Virus record (IMG/VR): IMGVR_UViG_3300042934_000727
Location: 6,185-70,184 of that record
DNA: 64,000 nucleotides
Direction: 5' to 3' (one strand)
DNA from: a virus
Shown: positions 48,577 to 58,987 of the stretch, piece by piece
How the letters are laid out: every line of letters starts with the position of its first letter
Position numbering within the stretch: position 1 is the stretch's first letter
The notes under the pieces: model-generated
What the model was told of the DNA's origin: nothing
Databases searched by the model: none
What the model saw: only the letters and a program-made list of their open reading frames with translations
Translations under genes and position numbers: made by a program

Positions 48577-49478
48577 TGGGTGCACAGATGTGGTTCGGCA
48601 CCGAAGAGTACATGCAGTGGGTGCCTGCCCCGATGTCGGGCGCCGACATGGGCGCGAAGGGCTGGGCCACCAGCGGCACCCTCCTCAACGGCGGCGGGTT
48701 CGGCGCCGGCTCCTTCGGCAGCCACAAGAACTACTCGTTCAGCTGGAGCGCAGCGTCGTCCCCCGAGGCCGCGCTGCTCATGCAGGCCTACCAGGCCGGG
48801 ACCTACGGCCGCGGGCACATCCAGCTCGTCGACCCCACTGCGTACGGCACGAACATCCTGCCCGCGCATTGGGCTGACCCGTCCCTCGCGCTCGGCAACG
48901 AGGCGCCCACGCTTCTGCGCACGCGCAACCTGCCGGTGACCCCGTCGGTGACCAGCAACTTCCGGGCCAACCGGCTGCCCGTGCGCGGCGCAACGTACGA
49001 CCTGACGGCCGCCGCGGTCGGCTTCCCGGGCGCGCGCGACTCTCTCTTCATCCCGGTCCCGCCCGGCTACCAGCTCCGCCTCGGCGCGTTCTACTCCGCC
49101 ACGGCCACCGCCGGGCTCTTCGCGGCCCCGGTGGACGCGGCTGGCTCCGCCGGCACTCCGATCAAGCTCACGCCACTCGCCGCGGACGCCTCCGTCATCA
49201 TCCCCGACGCCGTCCCTGCCGGCGCGCTCGGCGTGCGCCTCTGGCTCGGCAAGACCGCACCCGGCCCGGCGTCCGCCACGCTCCGCGCGCTCATCGCCCG
49301 GCTCGTCCACGGCGCCCTCCCCGACGGCAAGGAGCTCTACGGGCCCTGGGTGGCAGGCGAAGGCCACTCCGGCCTCATCTTCAACGGCCCGCCCACCTAT
49401 GTGAAGTACAACGGCGTCGACGGCGGCCAGGTCGGGTACGCCGCATCGTTCAAGGAGACCGGATCATGGGCGTACTAG
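48576..49478 (+). CDS. Minor tail protein (distal tail-like)
   Basis: Synteny after tape measure gene. Confidence 0.7.
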   Translation: MGAQMWFGTEEYMQWVPAPMSGADMGAKGWATSGTLLNGGGFGAGSFGSHKNYSFSWSAASSPEAALLMQAYQAGTYGRGHIQLVDPTAYGTNILPAHWADPSLALGNEAPTLLRTRNLPVTPSVTSNFRANRLPVRGATYDLTAAAVGFPGARDSLFIPVPPGYQLRLGAFYSATATAGLFAAPVDAAGSAGTPIKLTPLAADASVIIPDAVPAGALGVRLWLGKTAPGPASATLRALIARLVHGALPDGKELYGPWVAGEGHSGLIFNGPPTYVKYNGVDGGQVGYAASFKETGSWAY

Positions 49479-51088
49479 CCACTGTCGACGGCGACCCGAT
49501 CGAGCTGCAGGCCTACTCGGTCGTCGAGGCGAGCACGCCTCTGTCGGTCGATGACTCCACCGGCCAGGTCGGCTCGTTCACCATGGCGCTGCCCACCGGA
49601 TCCGACGCGCGCACGCACCTGCTCATGCAGGGCGCGCCCGTGCGGCTCGCTGACACCCGCAACGGCTTCACGGTCGGCACCCTGCAGGGCGTCGGCCAGA
49701 CGGCGGACACCCACCTGACCGCCCTCACCAGCCTGTCGCGGCTCGCCGACCTGAACATCTACTACGTGACCGCGGCCCCCTTCGCCGGCACGCTCGGCGC
49801 GGCCTTCGCCTACTACTTCAGCCTGGCCGGCATCACGTCCGGCTTCCGGATCGAGCCCGCCATCGCCAACAAGCAGGTCGCCATCATCGGATGGAGTGGG
49901 GAGCTGTGGTTCCACCTGAAGTCCCTCGCGGCCGCTCACATGGCGGAGATCTCTCTCGTCTCGGGCTCGATCATCGTTCGCCCCGTGCGCCAGCGCGAAG
50001 CCATCCCTGGCCGCGACACCGCGCGCGCACGAGCGCTCCCCGGCACGCAGCTCGCGCGCGCCATCGAGGTCTACCACTACGAGACCGAGGAGATCTTCGA
50101 CCGGCTCGTATACCCCATCGGTGGCTGGAGCACTGAAGCCCCGATCCTCTCGGTGAACGCCGGAGAGGTGACCGAGCAGACGCTCGAGATCGAGGGCTCG
50201 CTCACTTCGGTGCGCCAGCCGCAGTTCCGCGCCTCCGTCGGCCCGCAGTACGACGCGGAGAGCGTCTACACGATCGTCGGAGACGACGGCCTCCCCGTCA
50301 CCGAGGCAGCCTGGAAGGCGGGCGGCGGCTACCTCGAGGTGAGCATCGCCGAGGATACCCAGTCGCTCATCCTGCGCGCGCGAGGCGCCACCGGCGTCGG
50401 GAACCTCAACAAGGAGGCGATCAAGGTCTTCTCGATCGCGATGGCATCGAACTCGGGCAGCAACAGCTACTCGAGCCTGCGCATCCTCGGCAGCGGAATC
50501 GCCTTCCGCAAGACGAAGTACACCATCCCGACCGGCGTCGCCCCGCAGCGCACCTCCCAGGAAGTCGGCATCACTGTCGACAACCCCTTCCTCACCTCCA
50601 TCGGAGACGTGTACGCCGCCGGCAACCGCGTCGCCCGGAGATACAGCGGCCGCGCCCTCGGCCTCTCCGGCTCCGTCACCGCGATCAACCAGATCGGCGA
50701 CCGCGGCGTAGCGAAGCTCCCGACCGTGCGCGAGGTGCAGGCCACCTTCGAGGGTCTCACCAACGCGCAGGTCGAGGCGCACCCCATCAACGCGGGCAAG
50801 ACCAACGCCCAGATCCGCGAGTTCTGGCTCAGCACCATGCAGGGCGAGTACGAGAACCAGACCTTCGGCAACGTCGGTGGAGCGCGCGTATGGGACGAGG
50901 GCAGCCGCCGCTTCTACCGGATCCGCAACGCCACCACGACACCGGACGGCATCTCTTTCGACGCCGAAGACGACCTGACGAACGCCGACATGCAGGCCCG
51001 CCTGCAGGGGCTCACCAACGCGCAGGTCACCGCGCTGTTTGCCGGCAAGACGAACGCGCAGGTCGTGCTGGGAGGCGTACCCCTCTAG
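49466..51088 (+). CDS. Minor tail protein (baseplate hub-like)
   Basis: Synteny; C-terminal TNAQ repeats. Confidence 0.7.
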   Translation: MGVLATVDGDPIELQAYSVVEASTPLSVDDSTGQVGSFTMALPTGSDARTHLLMQGAPVRLADTRNGFTVGTLQGVGQTADTHLTALTSLSRLADLNIYYVTAAPFAGTLGAAFAYYFSLAGITSGFRIEPAIANKQVAIIGWSGELWFHLKSLAAAHMAEISLVSGSIIVRPVRQREAIPGRDTARARALPGTQLARAIEVYHYETEEIFDRLVYPIGGWSTEAPILSVNAGEVTEQTLEIEGSLTSVRQPQFRASVGPQYDAESVYTIVGDDGLPVTEAAWKAGGGYLEVSIAEDTQSLILRARGATGVGNLNKEAIKVFSIAMASNSGSNSYSSLRILGSGIAFRKTKYTIPTGVAPQRTSQEVGITVDNPFLTSIGDVYAAGNRVARRYSGRALGLSGSVTAINQIGDRGVAKLPTVREVQATFEGLTNAQVEAHPINAGKTNAQIREFWLSTMQGEYENQTFGNVGGARVWDEGSRRFYRIRNATTTPDGISFDAEDDLTNADMQARLQGLTNAQVTALFAGKTNAQVVLGGVPL

Positions 51089-51151
51089 AGCGGCCCGCCG
51101 CGCCCTTAGACTCCGCAACCACCGCGACCGTCATGAGTGGGGAGGATCTTC

Positions 51152-52345
51152 GTGAGCGACATTCTGCCGCGCCGAAACCTCCCGCCCGAGGCTGAGCCCT
51201 GGGGTCGCGGCATCCAGAAGCTGCTCACGGACCTCCTCAAGGATGTAGCGAAAACCCAGAGTGCGGCCACCGCCAACCAGGCCCGACATGCGGGCATCCT
51301 CGGCGCGGTCGCCGGCCAGGCCAAGGTCATCGCGACCCAGACGGATGTCATCGACGGCCACGAGGCAATCCTCCTCCCCGTCGCGGCCCCCGAGGCACCC
51401 ACGCCTCCGTCGCTCACCTCTCAGCGCGGCAGCATCACCGCGGTGTGGGACGGAGAACTGGTCAACGACGAAGGCGTCAGCGCGCCGCCGACCACCGGCT
51501 TCAAGGAGGTCTTCGCCGAAATCGCGGAGGCCGACTCCGCGACCCCCGAGACGATCTGGACCCGCGTCGGTCAGCCCCTTACCGACGCGGGCGACACGGT
51601 CATCACCGATCTCCCCGTCGGCGCGCGCCGCTGGGTGCGCTTCGTGGCGGCCTCGAACTCGGGCCTGACATCGCGAGCCTCCGCCGACGCCTCGATCGTC
51701 GTGACAGGGGTCGCGACGGAGGACCTCGACGAGTCCGTGGCGGGAGCGATCAGCGACGCGAAGTCCGCCGCCGACACCGCCACATCCGACGCGCTCGAGG
51801 CGGCACAGAAGGCCGAGCAGGCCTTGTCTCAGGTCGAGAAGACGATCCAGACCAGCCTCGACGAATACTTCGTCTCGAGCTCCTCGACTACCCCGCCGCC
51901 CGCCGGCGCCGCCTGGAGCTCCGATACCCCCGACTGGACGCCCGGCGAGTACGTGTGGCGACGCACGAAGAACACGCACATCGACGGCAGCATCAGCTAC
52001 TCGTCCCCCGCCGTCATCACCGGGGCGGACGGAGCGCCCGGCGAGGATGCCGTACTGCTGCGCATCTTCTCGACCCGCGGCACCGCCTTCAAGAACAACG
52101 CGATCTCCACGACCCTCTACGTCGTCGTCTACGCGGGCGCCCGACAGATCACTACCTTGACCGACCTGCGAGCCGAGCTGGGCACCACGGCTTTCCTCGA
52201 ATGGAGGTGGCGACGCTCTCAGGACAGCGAGTTCGGCGTCATTTCCTCTGCGGACCCCCGGCTGTCGCTGGGCGGCTTCGCGCTGACCATCTCGCCTGCC
52301 GAGGTGGATCAGCAGACCCTCTTCGAGTGCCACCTGCGCACCTAA
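51152..52345 (+). CDS. Minor tail protein (FnIII-like domain)
   Basis: WVRFVAASNSG FnIII-like motif; WSSDTPDWTPGEYVWRR fiber motif. Confidence 0.7.
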   Translation: MSDILPRRNLPPEAEPWGRGIQKLLTDLLKDVAKTQSAATANQARHAGILGAVAGQAKVIATQTDVIDGHEAILLPVAAPEAPTPPSLTSQRGSITAVWDGELVNDEGVSAPPTTGFKEVFAEIAEADSATPETIWTRVGQPLTDAGDTVITDLPVGARRWVRFVAASNSGLTSRASADASIVVTGVATEDLDESVAGAISDAKSAADTATSDALEAAQKAEQALSQVEKTIQTSLDEYFVSSSSTTPPPAGAAWSSDTPDWTPGEYVWRRTKNTHIDGSISYSSPAVITGADGAPGEDAVLLRIFSTRGTAFKNNAISTTLYVVVYAGARQITTLTDLRAELGTTAFLEWRWRRSQDSEFGVISSADPRLSLGGFALTISPAEVDQQTLFECHLRT

Positions 52346-52365
52346 TCCGATTGGAACACTGAGCC

Positions 52366-53412
52366 ATGCCACAGAGAGCCGCTGACGCGATCACCCTCAT
52401 CGACCTGACCGACGGTGTGTCCGTCGTGATGTCGAGCGAGTCCTACAACTTCCCGGGCACCACGACGGCTGCCATCGCGGGCTCCACGAGCACGAAGATC
52501 CAGGCGCTCATGGGTGGCGAGTACGTGGCCGCGTCGGTCAACGTCGCGAACATCACGAAGCCCGCCGGCGTCACCGTCACCTCCGACAACCACGCCACCT
52601 CGCCCACGCTCACGATCGCGGTCACCACCTCCGTCACTGCGGGCGGCGAGATCTCGATCCCCGTGGTCGTCGACGGCCTCACCCTCGAGAAGAAGTTCTC
52701 GTTCGGCATCGCCTACAAGGGCACGACCGGCGACCAGGGCCCACAGGGCGGCCAGGGACCGCAGGGACCGCAGGGCCAGGCAGGCGTCTCGGCCACTCTC
52801 GTCGGCCTGAAGAACGAGGCGCAGTCGATCGTGACGACTGCGGCCGGCGCGGCCGTCGCAGCCACGACCATCCAGGTCGACTTCTACGGATACGTGGGCG
52901 CCACTCGCTCCGCCGTGACGGCTGCGGTCGGAACGCTGCCCAGCGGCATGACCGTCGGCACGAACACCGCCGGCACGGCCTCCGCGGACGGCGTGCTCAC
53001 GCTCGTCGTGGCGAACGGCTCCACCCTCGGCGGCGTCGACCAGGGGACGGTCCCGATCACGCTGACCGCCAACGGCATCCCGCGCGTCGCCCTCTTCTCC
53101 TGGTCGAAGGCGAAGCAGGGCGCGCAGGGCAACACGGGCGGCACCGGCGCGGCTGGCGCGGCCGCGGTCACGCTCGAGGTGTCCTCCGCCCAGGGCCTCG
53201 TCTTCAAGAACACGCAGGTCGCCACCACGCTGACCGCGCGGGTCTACCAGGGCGGCGTCGAGGTCACCGGTGCCGCGCTCACCGCGCTCGGCACGATCCG
53301 CTGGTACAAGGACGGCAGCGCGACGGCGCTCACCACGACGGGGACCACTCTCACCATCTCCGCGGGCGACGTTGCCGACAAGGCCAACTACGAGGCGAAG
53401 CTGGAGTACTGA
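52366..53412 (+). CDS. Minor tail/fiber protein with short collagen repeat
   Basis: GDQGPQGGQGPQGPQGQAG; FKNTQVATTL motif shared with preceding gene. Confidence 0.7.
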   Translation: MPQRAADAITLIDLTDGVSVVMSSESYNFPGTTTAAIAGSTSTKIQALMGGEYVAASVNVANITKPAGVTVTSDNHATSPTLTIAVTTSVTAGGEISIPVVVDGLTLEKKFSFGIAYKGTTGDQGPQGGQGPQGPQGQAGVSATLVGLKNEAQSIVTTAAGAAVAATTIQVDFYGYVGATRSAVTAAVGTLPSGMTVGTNTAGTASADGVLTLVVANGSTLGGVDQGTVPITLTANGIPRVALFSWSKAKQGAQGNTGGTGAAGAAAVTLEVSSAQGLVFKNTQVATTLTARVYQGGVEVTGAALTALGTIRWYKDGSATALTTTGTTLTISAGDVADKANYEAKLEY

Positions 53413-53415
53413 GCC

Positions 53416-54864
53416 ATGCCTGTACGCGCCTCGGATCGGGTCACCCTCACGGTGCTCCCCGCTCCGTCGTACGTGAGGACGTTCTACCTCCTGCAGGCGT
53501 CCACACTGAATCCGCCCGCAAAGCCCACGACCAACCCGCCGGCGGCACCTTGGACGACGACGGAGCCGGGCTACACCGCGGGGGCTACGAACACGCTCTA
53601 CCGGGTCGAGCTGGTCGCGTACGGCAGCGTCGCGTTTGAGTACGGCGACGTGCAGAAGGTCTCGGCCTACGAGGCGGCGAAGCAGGCCTACAACCTCGCC
53701 AACCAGGCGGCCACCACGGTCGACGGCATGCGGCGCGTGCGCACTGGAGTGACGCAGCCGGCGACACCCGCGAGCGGGTGGGTGAACGGCGACCAGTGGT
53801 TCGTCACCAACGCTGCCGGCCAGTGGATCGGCGTGAAGGTCTGGAACGGCACGACCTTCGTCGACATGCAGCTGGCCGCCGACTCCATCCTGGTCCCCGG
53901 CTCCGTCGGAAACGTCCAGATCAAGGACGGCGCGATCGACGGCAAGACGGTCACGGGCGCAACCATCCAGACCGCCGCGTCGGGCACCCGCCTGGTGATG
54001 GACAGCCTCGGCCTTCGCGCGATCGACAGCTTCGGCGCAACGACTGCGACGCTGGGCCCCTGGGCCAACGGCCTCGATCTCGACGGGCAGATTCGCGTCA
54101 AGAACGCGACCGGGAAGACGGAGCTACCCGGCAAGTCGGTGAACCTCTTCTACAAGAGCGGAGACGCCGCGCCGGCGGCTCGGATCTCCATGACCGGACC
54201 CGACGAGACCCCGCTCTACACGACCCCGAGCGTGTCCCTCGTCACTGACTCCGGCAGCATCGAAGTCGGCGTCACGGAGCCCGGCGGGAAAAAGGTCGAC
54301 CTCCGGGCCACGCGCAGTCAGGTCCAGGACCTCGAGGTGAACGGGAACGTCTGGCTCACCGGTGGGGCGCATCGACTCCTTCCGCCCGGTGTCATCATGC
54401 CCTGGGCCGGGACCGACAGCGGACTCTACTTCGGCGGCGCCTGGCTGCCGTGCGACGGGTCCGCCATCTCGCGCACGGCCTACGCCGCCCTCTTCGCCGC
54501 CATCGGCACCGCGTACGGCGCCGGCAATGGCACGAGCACCTTCAACCTCCCCAACATGAAGGGGCGCATCCCGGTCGGCCTCGACGCCACGCAGACGGAA
54601 TTCAACACCGTCGGCAAGTCGGGCGGCGCGAAGGATCACACCCTGACCATCGCCCAGATGCCGCAGCACCAGCACTCGCACAACCAGGCGGAAGGCGGCA
54701 ACCTGTCGTACTCCGAGGGTGGCGTGGGAACCGTCACCGCCTACACCACCGGTTTCGGCTCGGGGCGCAACAATACGAGCATCATGACGGGCAACCAGGG
54801 CAACAGCCAGCCGCACAACAACCTGCAGCCCTACGTCGCGATGAACTACATCATCAAGACCTGA
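53416..54864 (+). CDS. Tail fiber with tail-collar domain
   Basis: WLPCDGSAISRTAYAALFAAIGT...FNLPNMKGR collar motif; HNNLQPY C-terminus. Confidence 0.85.
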   Translation: MPVRASDRVTLTVLPAPSYVRTFYLLQASTLNPPAKPTTNPPAAPWTTTEPGYTAGATNTLYRVELVAYGSVAFEYGDVQKVSAYEAAKQAYNLANQAATTVDGMRRVRTGVTQPATPASGWVNGDQWFVTNAAGQWIGVKVWNGTTFVDMQLAADSILVPGSVGNVQIKDGAIDGKTVTGATIQTAASGTRLVMDSLGLRAIDSFGATTATLGPWANGLDLDGQIRVKNATGKTELPGKSVNLFYKSGDAAPAARISMTGPDETPLYTTPSVSLVTDSGSIEVGVTEPGGKKVDLRATRSQVQDLEVNGNVWLTGGAHRLLPPGVIMPWAGTDSGLYFGGAWLPCDGSAISRTAYAALFAAIGTAYGAGNGTSTFNLPNMKGRIPVGLDATQTEFNTVGKSGGAKDHTLTIAQMPQHQHSHNQAEGGNLSYSEGGVGTVTAYTTGFGSGRNNTSIMTGNQGNSQPHNNLQPYVAMNYIIKT

Positions 54865-54904
54865 CCCCCTCAATAGCTGGATAACCGCGCCTAGACTCCG
54901 CGCC

Positions 54905-55489
54905 ATGCCAGTTACGGACGCGCCGATCAACATCGTCTCCCCAGACGCAGACGACGAGTTCGACTACGTCCAGCAGCTCCTCACGATGGCGACGAGCATC
55001 CACAACGCCATCAAGGCCGCCTCACCGTCAGGGCACATCGTCGCCTTCGCGGGCGCGACGACCCCGGCCGGCTGGATCCTGTGTGACGGTCAGGCCGTCT
55101 CTCGCACCACGTACGCCGCGCTCTTCGCTGCAATCGGCACGACCTATGGCGTAGGCAACGGCACCACGACCTTCAACGTCCCGAACCTCAAGGGGCGCAT
55201 CCCCGTCGGCCGCGACACCGCCCAGACCGAGTTCGACGTTCTCGGCGAGACCGGCGGCGCGAAGACGCACACGCTGACCACTGCGGAGATGCCCTCCCAC
55301 CAGCACAACCACGACCAGTCCAGCGGCGGAAATCTGTCCTACTCGGAGTCCGGCGTGCCCAACCAGTACGTCGTCGCCTTCGGCAGCGGCCGCATGAACA
55401 CCGGCATCGTGACCGGCAACACCGGTGGCGGACAGGCTCACAACAACCTGCAGCCGTACATGGTCATGAACTTCGCGATCAAGGCCTGA
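54905..55489 (+). CDS. Stand-alone tail-collar domain protein
   Basis: GWILCDGQAVSRTTYAALFAAIGT; paralog of preceding gene's C-terminus; own TAGACT promoter. Confidence 0.85.
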   Translation: MPVTDAPINIVSPDADDEFDYVQQLLTMATSIHNAIKAASPSGHIVAFAGATTPAGWILCDGQAVSRTTYAALFAAIGTTYGVGNGTTTFNVPNLKGRIPVGRDTAQTEFDVLGETGGAKTHTLTTAEMPSHQHNHDQSSGGNLSYSESGVPNQYVVAFGSGRMNTGIVTGNTGGGQAHNNLQPYMVMNFAIKA

Positions 55490-55491
55490 AC

Positions 55492-55716
55492 ATGACCGAC
55501 GACGAGCGCACGATCATCCAGCAGATCCTCCTTCAGTGGAAAGCGGACGGCGTGCAGAACCCCATCATCCCCGCCTACCAGGACGAGGACGGCGACGGAG
55601 TGCCCGACTTCTACGGTCTCGACGCCGCTGACGCTGTGATCCTCGTGTCTGGCGTCACCGTCGGCGACACCGTCGCGATCTCCACGGGCGAAGGCATCGA
55701 GGGCGGCAGCGAATGA
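55492..55716 (+). CDS. Small acidic protein with DxDxDG motif
   Basis: DEDGDGVPDF. Confidence 0.65.
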   Translation: MTDDERTIIQQILLQWKADGVQNPIIPAYQDEDGDGVPDFYGLDAADAVILVSGVTVGDTVAISTGEGIEGGSE

Positions 55717-56591
55717 CCGTCCGCTTCGCCAACGGCGCCTACTGCAAGGCCTCCGGCACGCGCGACGCCTTCGGCCGCGCCTCCGACCAGCTCGAGCGCG
55801 AGGGCCACCCCGCGATCACGATCATCTCGGGCGACCGCGAGTACGAAGACCAGAAGCGCATCTTCCTCGAGCGGTACGTCACCGCCGGCAACATCCGCGG
55901 CCGCCGCGTCTACGACACCCGCAAGTGGCTCGGTGTCACCTGGTATCGCATCTCGGCCGCCGGCACCGTCGCCGTGCCCGGCACCTCCAACCACGAGTCC
56001 CGTCGCGCCGCGGACCTCGCCGCCCCGTACAACAACCGCCACTCCGCCGCCCACCGCCGCCTGCAGCAGATCGCAGCGCAGTACGGCCTGAAGTGGACGG
56101 GCATCAATTTCTCCGAGGACTGGCACTGGGAGTTCCTCGGCCTCCTCGGCTCGATCGGCTTCGCTGCCGGCGCGGCCGCTCAGACCCCCGAAACAGATGG
56201 AGACGACTTGAACGAGACGCAGAACTACAAGCTCGATGCTGTCTTTGAGGCGCTGGTAGCCAAGCCCGCCGGTGGCGGCATGTACTACAAGACCGACGCG
56301 ATGATCGGCGTGATGCGCGACGAGATCGGCAAGGCGATCGCCAGCATTGCCGCAGGCAACATCAACTTCCCGGGCGCGAACTACAACGCCTTCGTCGCGA
56401 TCGTCAACACGATCCGCGAGGGGAACGGGCAGCCCGCCCTGGACATCGACGAGGCGACGCTCGCCAAGAGCCTCGCCCCGGCACTCGCTCCGCTCCTGCT
56501 CTCCGAGGGCTTCGGGCAGGTGGATGACGAGACCGTCGCCCGCATCGCCAAGGCTGCCGCAGACGAGCAGTCGAAGCGCCTCGCCGCCTGA
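55713..56591 (+). CDS. Endolysin, M15 (VanY-like) peptidase
   Basis: SGDREYEDQ, PGTSNHESRRAAD (SxHxxxxAxD), EDWHWE. Confidence 0.88.
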   Translation: MTVRFANGAYCKASGTRDAFGRASDQLEREGHPAITIISGDREYEDQKRIFLERYVTAGNIRGRRVYDTRKWLGVTWYRISAAGTVAVPGTSNHESRRAADLAAPYNNRHSAAHRRLQQIAAQYGLKWTGINFSEDWHWEFLGLLGSIGFAAGAAAQTPETDGDDLNETQNYKLDAVFEALVAKPAGGGMYYKTDAMIGVMRDEIGKAIASIAAGNINFPGANYNAFVAIVNTIREGNGQPALDIDEATLAKSLAPALAPLLLSEGFGQVDDETVARIAKAAADEQSKRLAA

Positions 56592-56615
56592 CCCTCCTTC
56601 CGAACCGAGACGACC

Positions 56616-56981
56616 ATGGCCGACGACGGGATTCCCCCCTGGGTGGAGTACCTCAGCAACCTCATCGACCGACGCTTCGCTGAGCAGGGCGCACGGATCG
56701 ACAAGCTCGTCACCCGCGATGCGTTCTCCGAGGAGCAGAAGCGCGTGAACGAGAAGTTCGACGCTCAGCAGCAGCAGATCGCGCAGGCGAACGCCAACAT
56801 CCAGGCAGAGGCCACCGCGCGCGCTGCATCGGAGCTCGCCGCCGCCAACAAGGCCACGCAGGACGCCCAGCAGCAGCAGCGCACGGCACGCCAGACCAAC
56901 TGGCAGTGGTTCGCGCTCTTCGCCGTGCCGACCGTCGGCGCGATCGTGCTGTGGGTCATCAACGGAGGGCTGGTGCCATGA
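56616..56981 (+). CDS. Membrane protein of lysis cassette
   Basis: Coiled coil plus C-terminal TM. Confidence 0.7.
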   Translation: MADDGIPPWVEYLSNLIDRRFAEQGARIDKLVTRDAFSEEQKRVNEKFDAQQQQIAQANANIQAEATARAASELAAANKATQDAQQQQRTARQTNWQWFALFAVPTVGAIVLWVINGGLVP

Positions 56982-57655
56982 GCGACGAGGTAGAGCCGAT
57001 CACGCCCGCCCCCGGGGCGATCATCCCCGTAGAGCCCCCGCCGGCACCGCAGCGCCAGTGGGTCCTCATCGCCACAGTCGCGATCTCCTTGATCGCCTCC
57101 ATCGTGCTCAGCGCGGGATGGATCTCGAACCTCTCGAGCCGGAACCAGCAGCTCAACGAGCTCGTGCTCGAGCAGCGACAGGAGATCTTCGCCTCACAGG
57201 AGAACGCGCAGCGCCTCTACGACCAGCTCCTCGAGCTCGGGGCAGCTCCCGACGGAGAGGCGCCCGAGAGCATCGCATCCCCCGGCCCCGCCGGCGCGCG
57301 CGGCGAGCAGGGCAACGCCGGCCGGCCGCCGACACCCGCGGAAATCGCGAAGGCTGTCGGCGACTACTGCGACGCCCGCGACTCGTGCCGCGGCCAGGCG
57401 GGCAGCAACGGCTCCGCGGGCTCCGTCGGCCCGGCCGGCCCCGCCGGCTCGAGTGGCTCGGATGGCTCAAACGGGGCCGACGGCGCTCCCGGCGGACCCG
57501 GCCCTGAAGGCCCTCCCGGCCCGGCTGGCCCGCAGGGTCCCGCAGGCCCGTCCTGCCCCGAGGGCTACAGCCTCCAGATCGTGACCGTCCAGGTCCAGAA
57601 CACCGAGACGGGCGAATCCAGCCCGACTCCCGCGGCGGTCTGCCTGCCCGCCTGA
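56978..57655 (+). CDS. Membrane-anchored coiled-coil/collagen-repeat protein
   Basis: TM, coiled coil, GXY repeats, Cys pairs. Confidence 0.75.
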   Translation: MSDEVEPITPAPGAIIPVEPPPAPQRQWVLIATVAISLIASIVLSAGWISNLSSRNQQLNELVLEQRQEIFASQENAQRLYDQLLELGAAPDGEAPESIASPGPAGARGEQGNAGRPPTPAEIAKAVGDYCDARDSCRGQAGSNGSAGSVGPAGPAGSSGSDGSNGADGAPGGPGPEGPPGPAGPQGPAGPSCPEGYSLQIVTVQVQNTETGESSPTPAAVCLPA

Positions 57656-57689
57656 CGGCAGCAGCGACCCCGGCTAGCAAGGAGAGAGC

Positions 57690-58952
57690 ATGGCTAGATC
57701 ACCCCTGTGGGACAACCCCGACTTCGTCGCTGACTGCAGGTCAGAGATGCCCAAGATCGACATCATGGAGAAGTGGGGCGTCTCGTCCGGTCTCGTGGTC
57801 GACGTGCGGCGTGACCAGCGCGTGAGGCTCGACGAGGCGCGCACCCGGGAGGACAAGCTGTCCGCCGGCGAAGAGTCGGAGATCACGGACGGCCCCGACG
57901 GCAAGCACTTCAAGTTCATCCGCCACCGCCCGATCACGCTGGATGACGCCCGCGCCTGGATCCGCTCGAGCGGCGATGACCCGGCGCTCTACAACATCTC
58001 CATCCGCGCGATCGCCTACGGCCACGACAGCACGTCGAACCGCATGACCGCATGGCCGAAGACCGGCATCGCACTCGCGCAGGTCGCTCCGCTCGAGCAG
58101 CTGTACCGCGTCGCCGCCGAGGTGCCGCTGGGGCGCGTCCAGGACCAGGACGACGACCGAGCCACCGTTATCGTCGTGTCGGACTGGCAGATCGGCAAGA
58201 CCGGCCGCCGCGGCGGCACGCCGGAGCTCCTGGCCCGCCTCGAGGACTCCCGCCGGAAGGTCCGGAAGGAGCTGGAAGCGCGGCGCCCGAACCGCATCCT
58301 GGTGCTCGACGGCGGCGACGGCATCGAAGGCTTCGAGTCCGGCGGCGACCCCGCCTTCACCAACGACCTGTCGTTGCCGGATCAGATCGACGCCTACACG
58401 ACCGAGCTGTTCAAGTTCATCCGCCTGGCCGACGGCTATGCGGACACCGAGGTGGGCGCCGTCCCCTCCAACCACGCCGCCTGGCGCCGCAGCAAGCAGA
58501 ACCTCGGCGTCCCGGCCGACGACTTCGGCCTCCTCGCCCACCGGCAGGTCGCGAAGGTCGCCGAGGCTGCCGGCATGGACGTGGCCTGGCACTTCCCCGA
58601 GCCGTACGACGAATCGCTGTGCGTGGACTTCGCCGGCACCGCGATCGGCCTCGTGCACGGCAACCAGTTCGCGCCCGGCAAGGCGATCGACTGGTGGCAG
58701 GGGCAGACCTTCGGGGACCAAGCCGCCACGCGCGCCGACGTGCTCGTCACTGCGCACTACCACTCCTTCGGCGCGGGCGTCGCGGGCCAGAACCCGTTCT
58801 CGAAGCGCGAGCGGATGTGGCTCGGCGCCCCGACCCTCGACAGCGGGAGCGACTGGTATCGCAACATCAAGGGCCGCGACTCCCTCCCCGGCACCATGAT
58901 CTTCGACGTGACGGCCGAGGGCTTCGACCTCAGCAGCCTCGACATCCTCTGA
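57690..58952 (+). CDS. Calcineurin-like metallophosphoesterase (Mre11-like) with possible N-terminal HTH
   Basis: SDWQIGK, GGDGIEG, PSNH, VHG, AHYH motifs. Confidence 0.8.
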   Translation: MARSPLWDNPDFVADCRSEMPKIDIMEKWGVSSGLVVDVRRDQRVRLDEARTREDKLSAGEESEITDGPDGKHFKFIRHRPITLDDARAWIRSSGDDPALYNISIRAIAYGHDSTSNRMTAWPKTGIALAQVAPLEQLYRVAAEVPLGRVQDQDDDRATVIVVSDWQIGKTGRRGGTPELLARLEDSRRKVRKELEARRPNRILVLDGGDGIEGFESGGDPAFTNDLSLPDQIDAYTTELFKFIRLADGYADTEVGAVPSNHAAWRRSKQNLGVPADDFGLLAHRQVAKVAEAAGMDVAWHFPEPYDESLCVDFAGTAIGLVHGNQFAPGKAIDWWQGQTFGDQAATRADVLVTAHYHSFGAGVAGQNPFSKRERMWLGAPTLDSGSDWYRNIKGRDSLPGTMIFDVTAEGFDLSSLDIL

Positions 58953-58987
58953 CCTAGACTCCGCCCCACATCGACCAAGGAGGCCCC

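Noticed and set aside
44203-48585. Long antisense ORFs (1460 aa here; also 4353-6047, 28767-30212, 30572-32143, 49475-51118)
   Set aside because: Shadow frames caused by GC3-biased codons on the coding strand; no RBS or motifs
53416-55489. Diversity-generating retroelement (VR/TR pair)
   Set aside because: Both copies are intact ORFs, differences are not adenine-specific, and no reverse transcriptase is seen in the window
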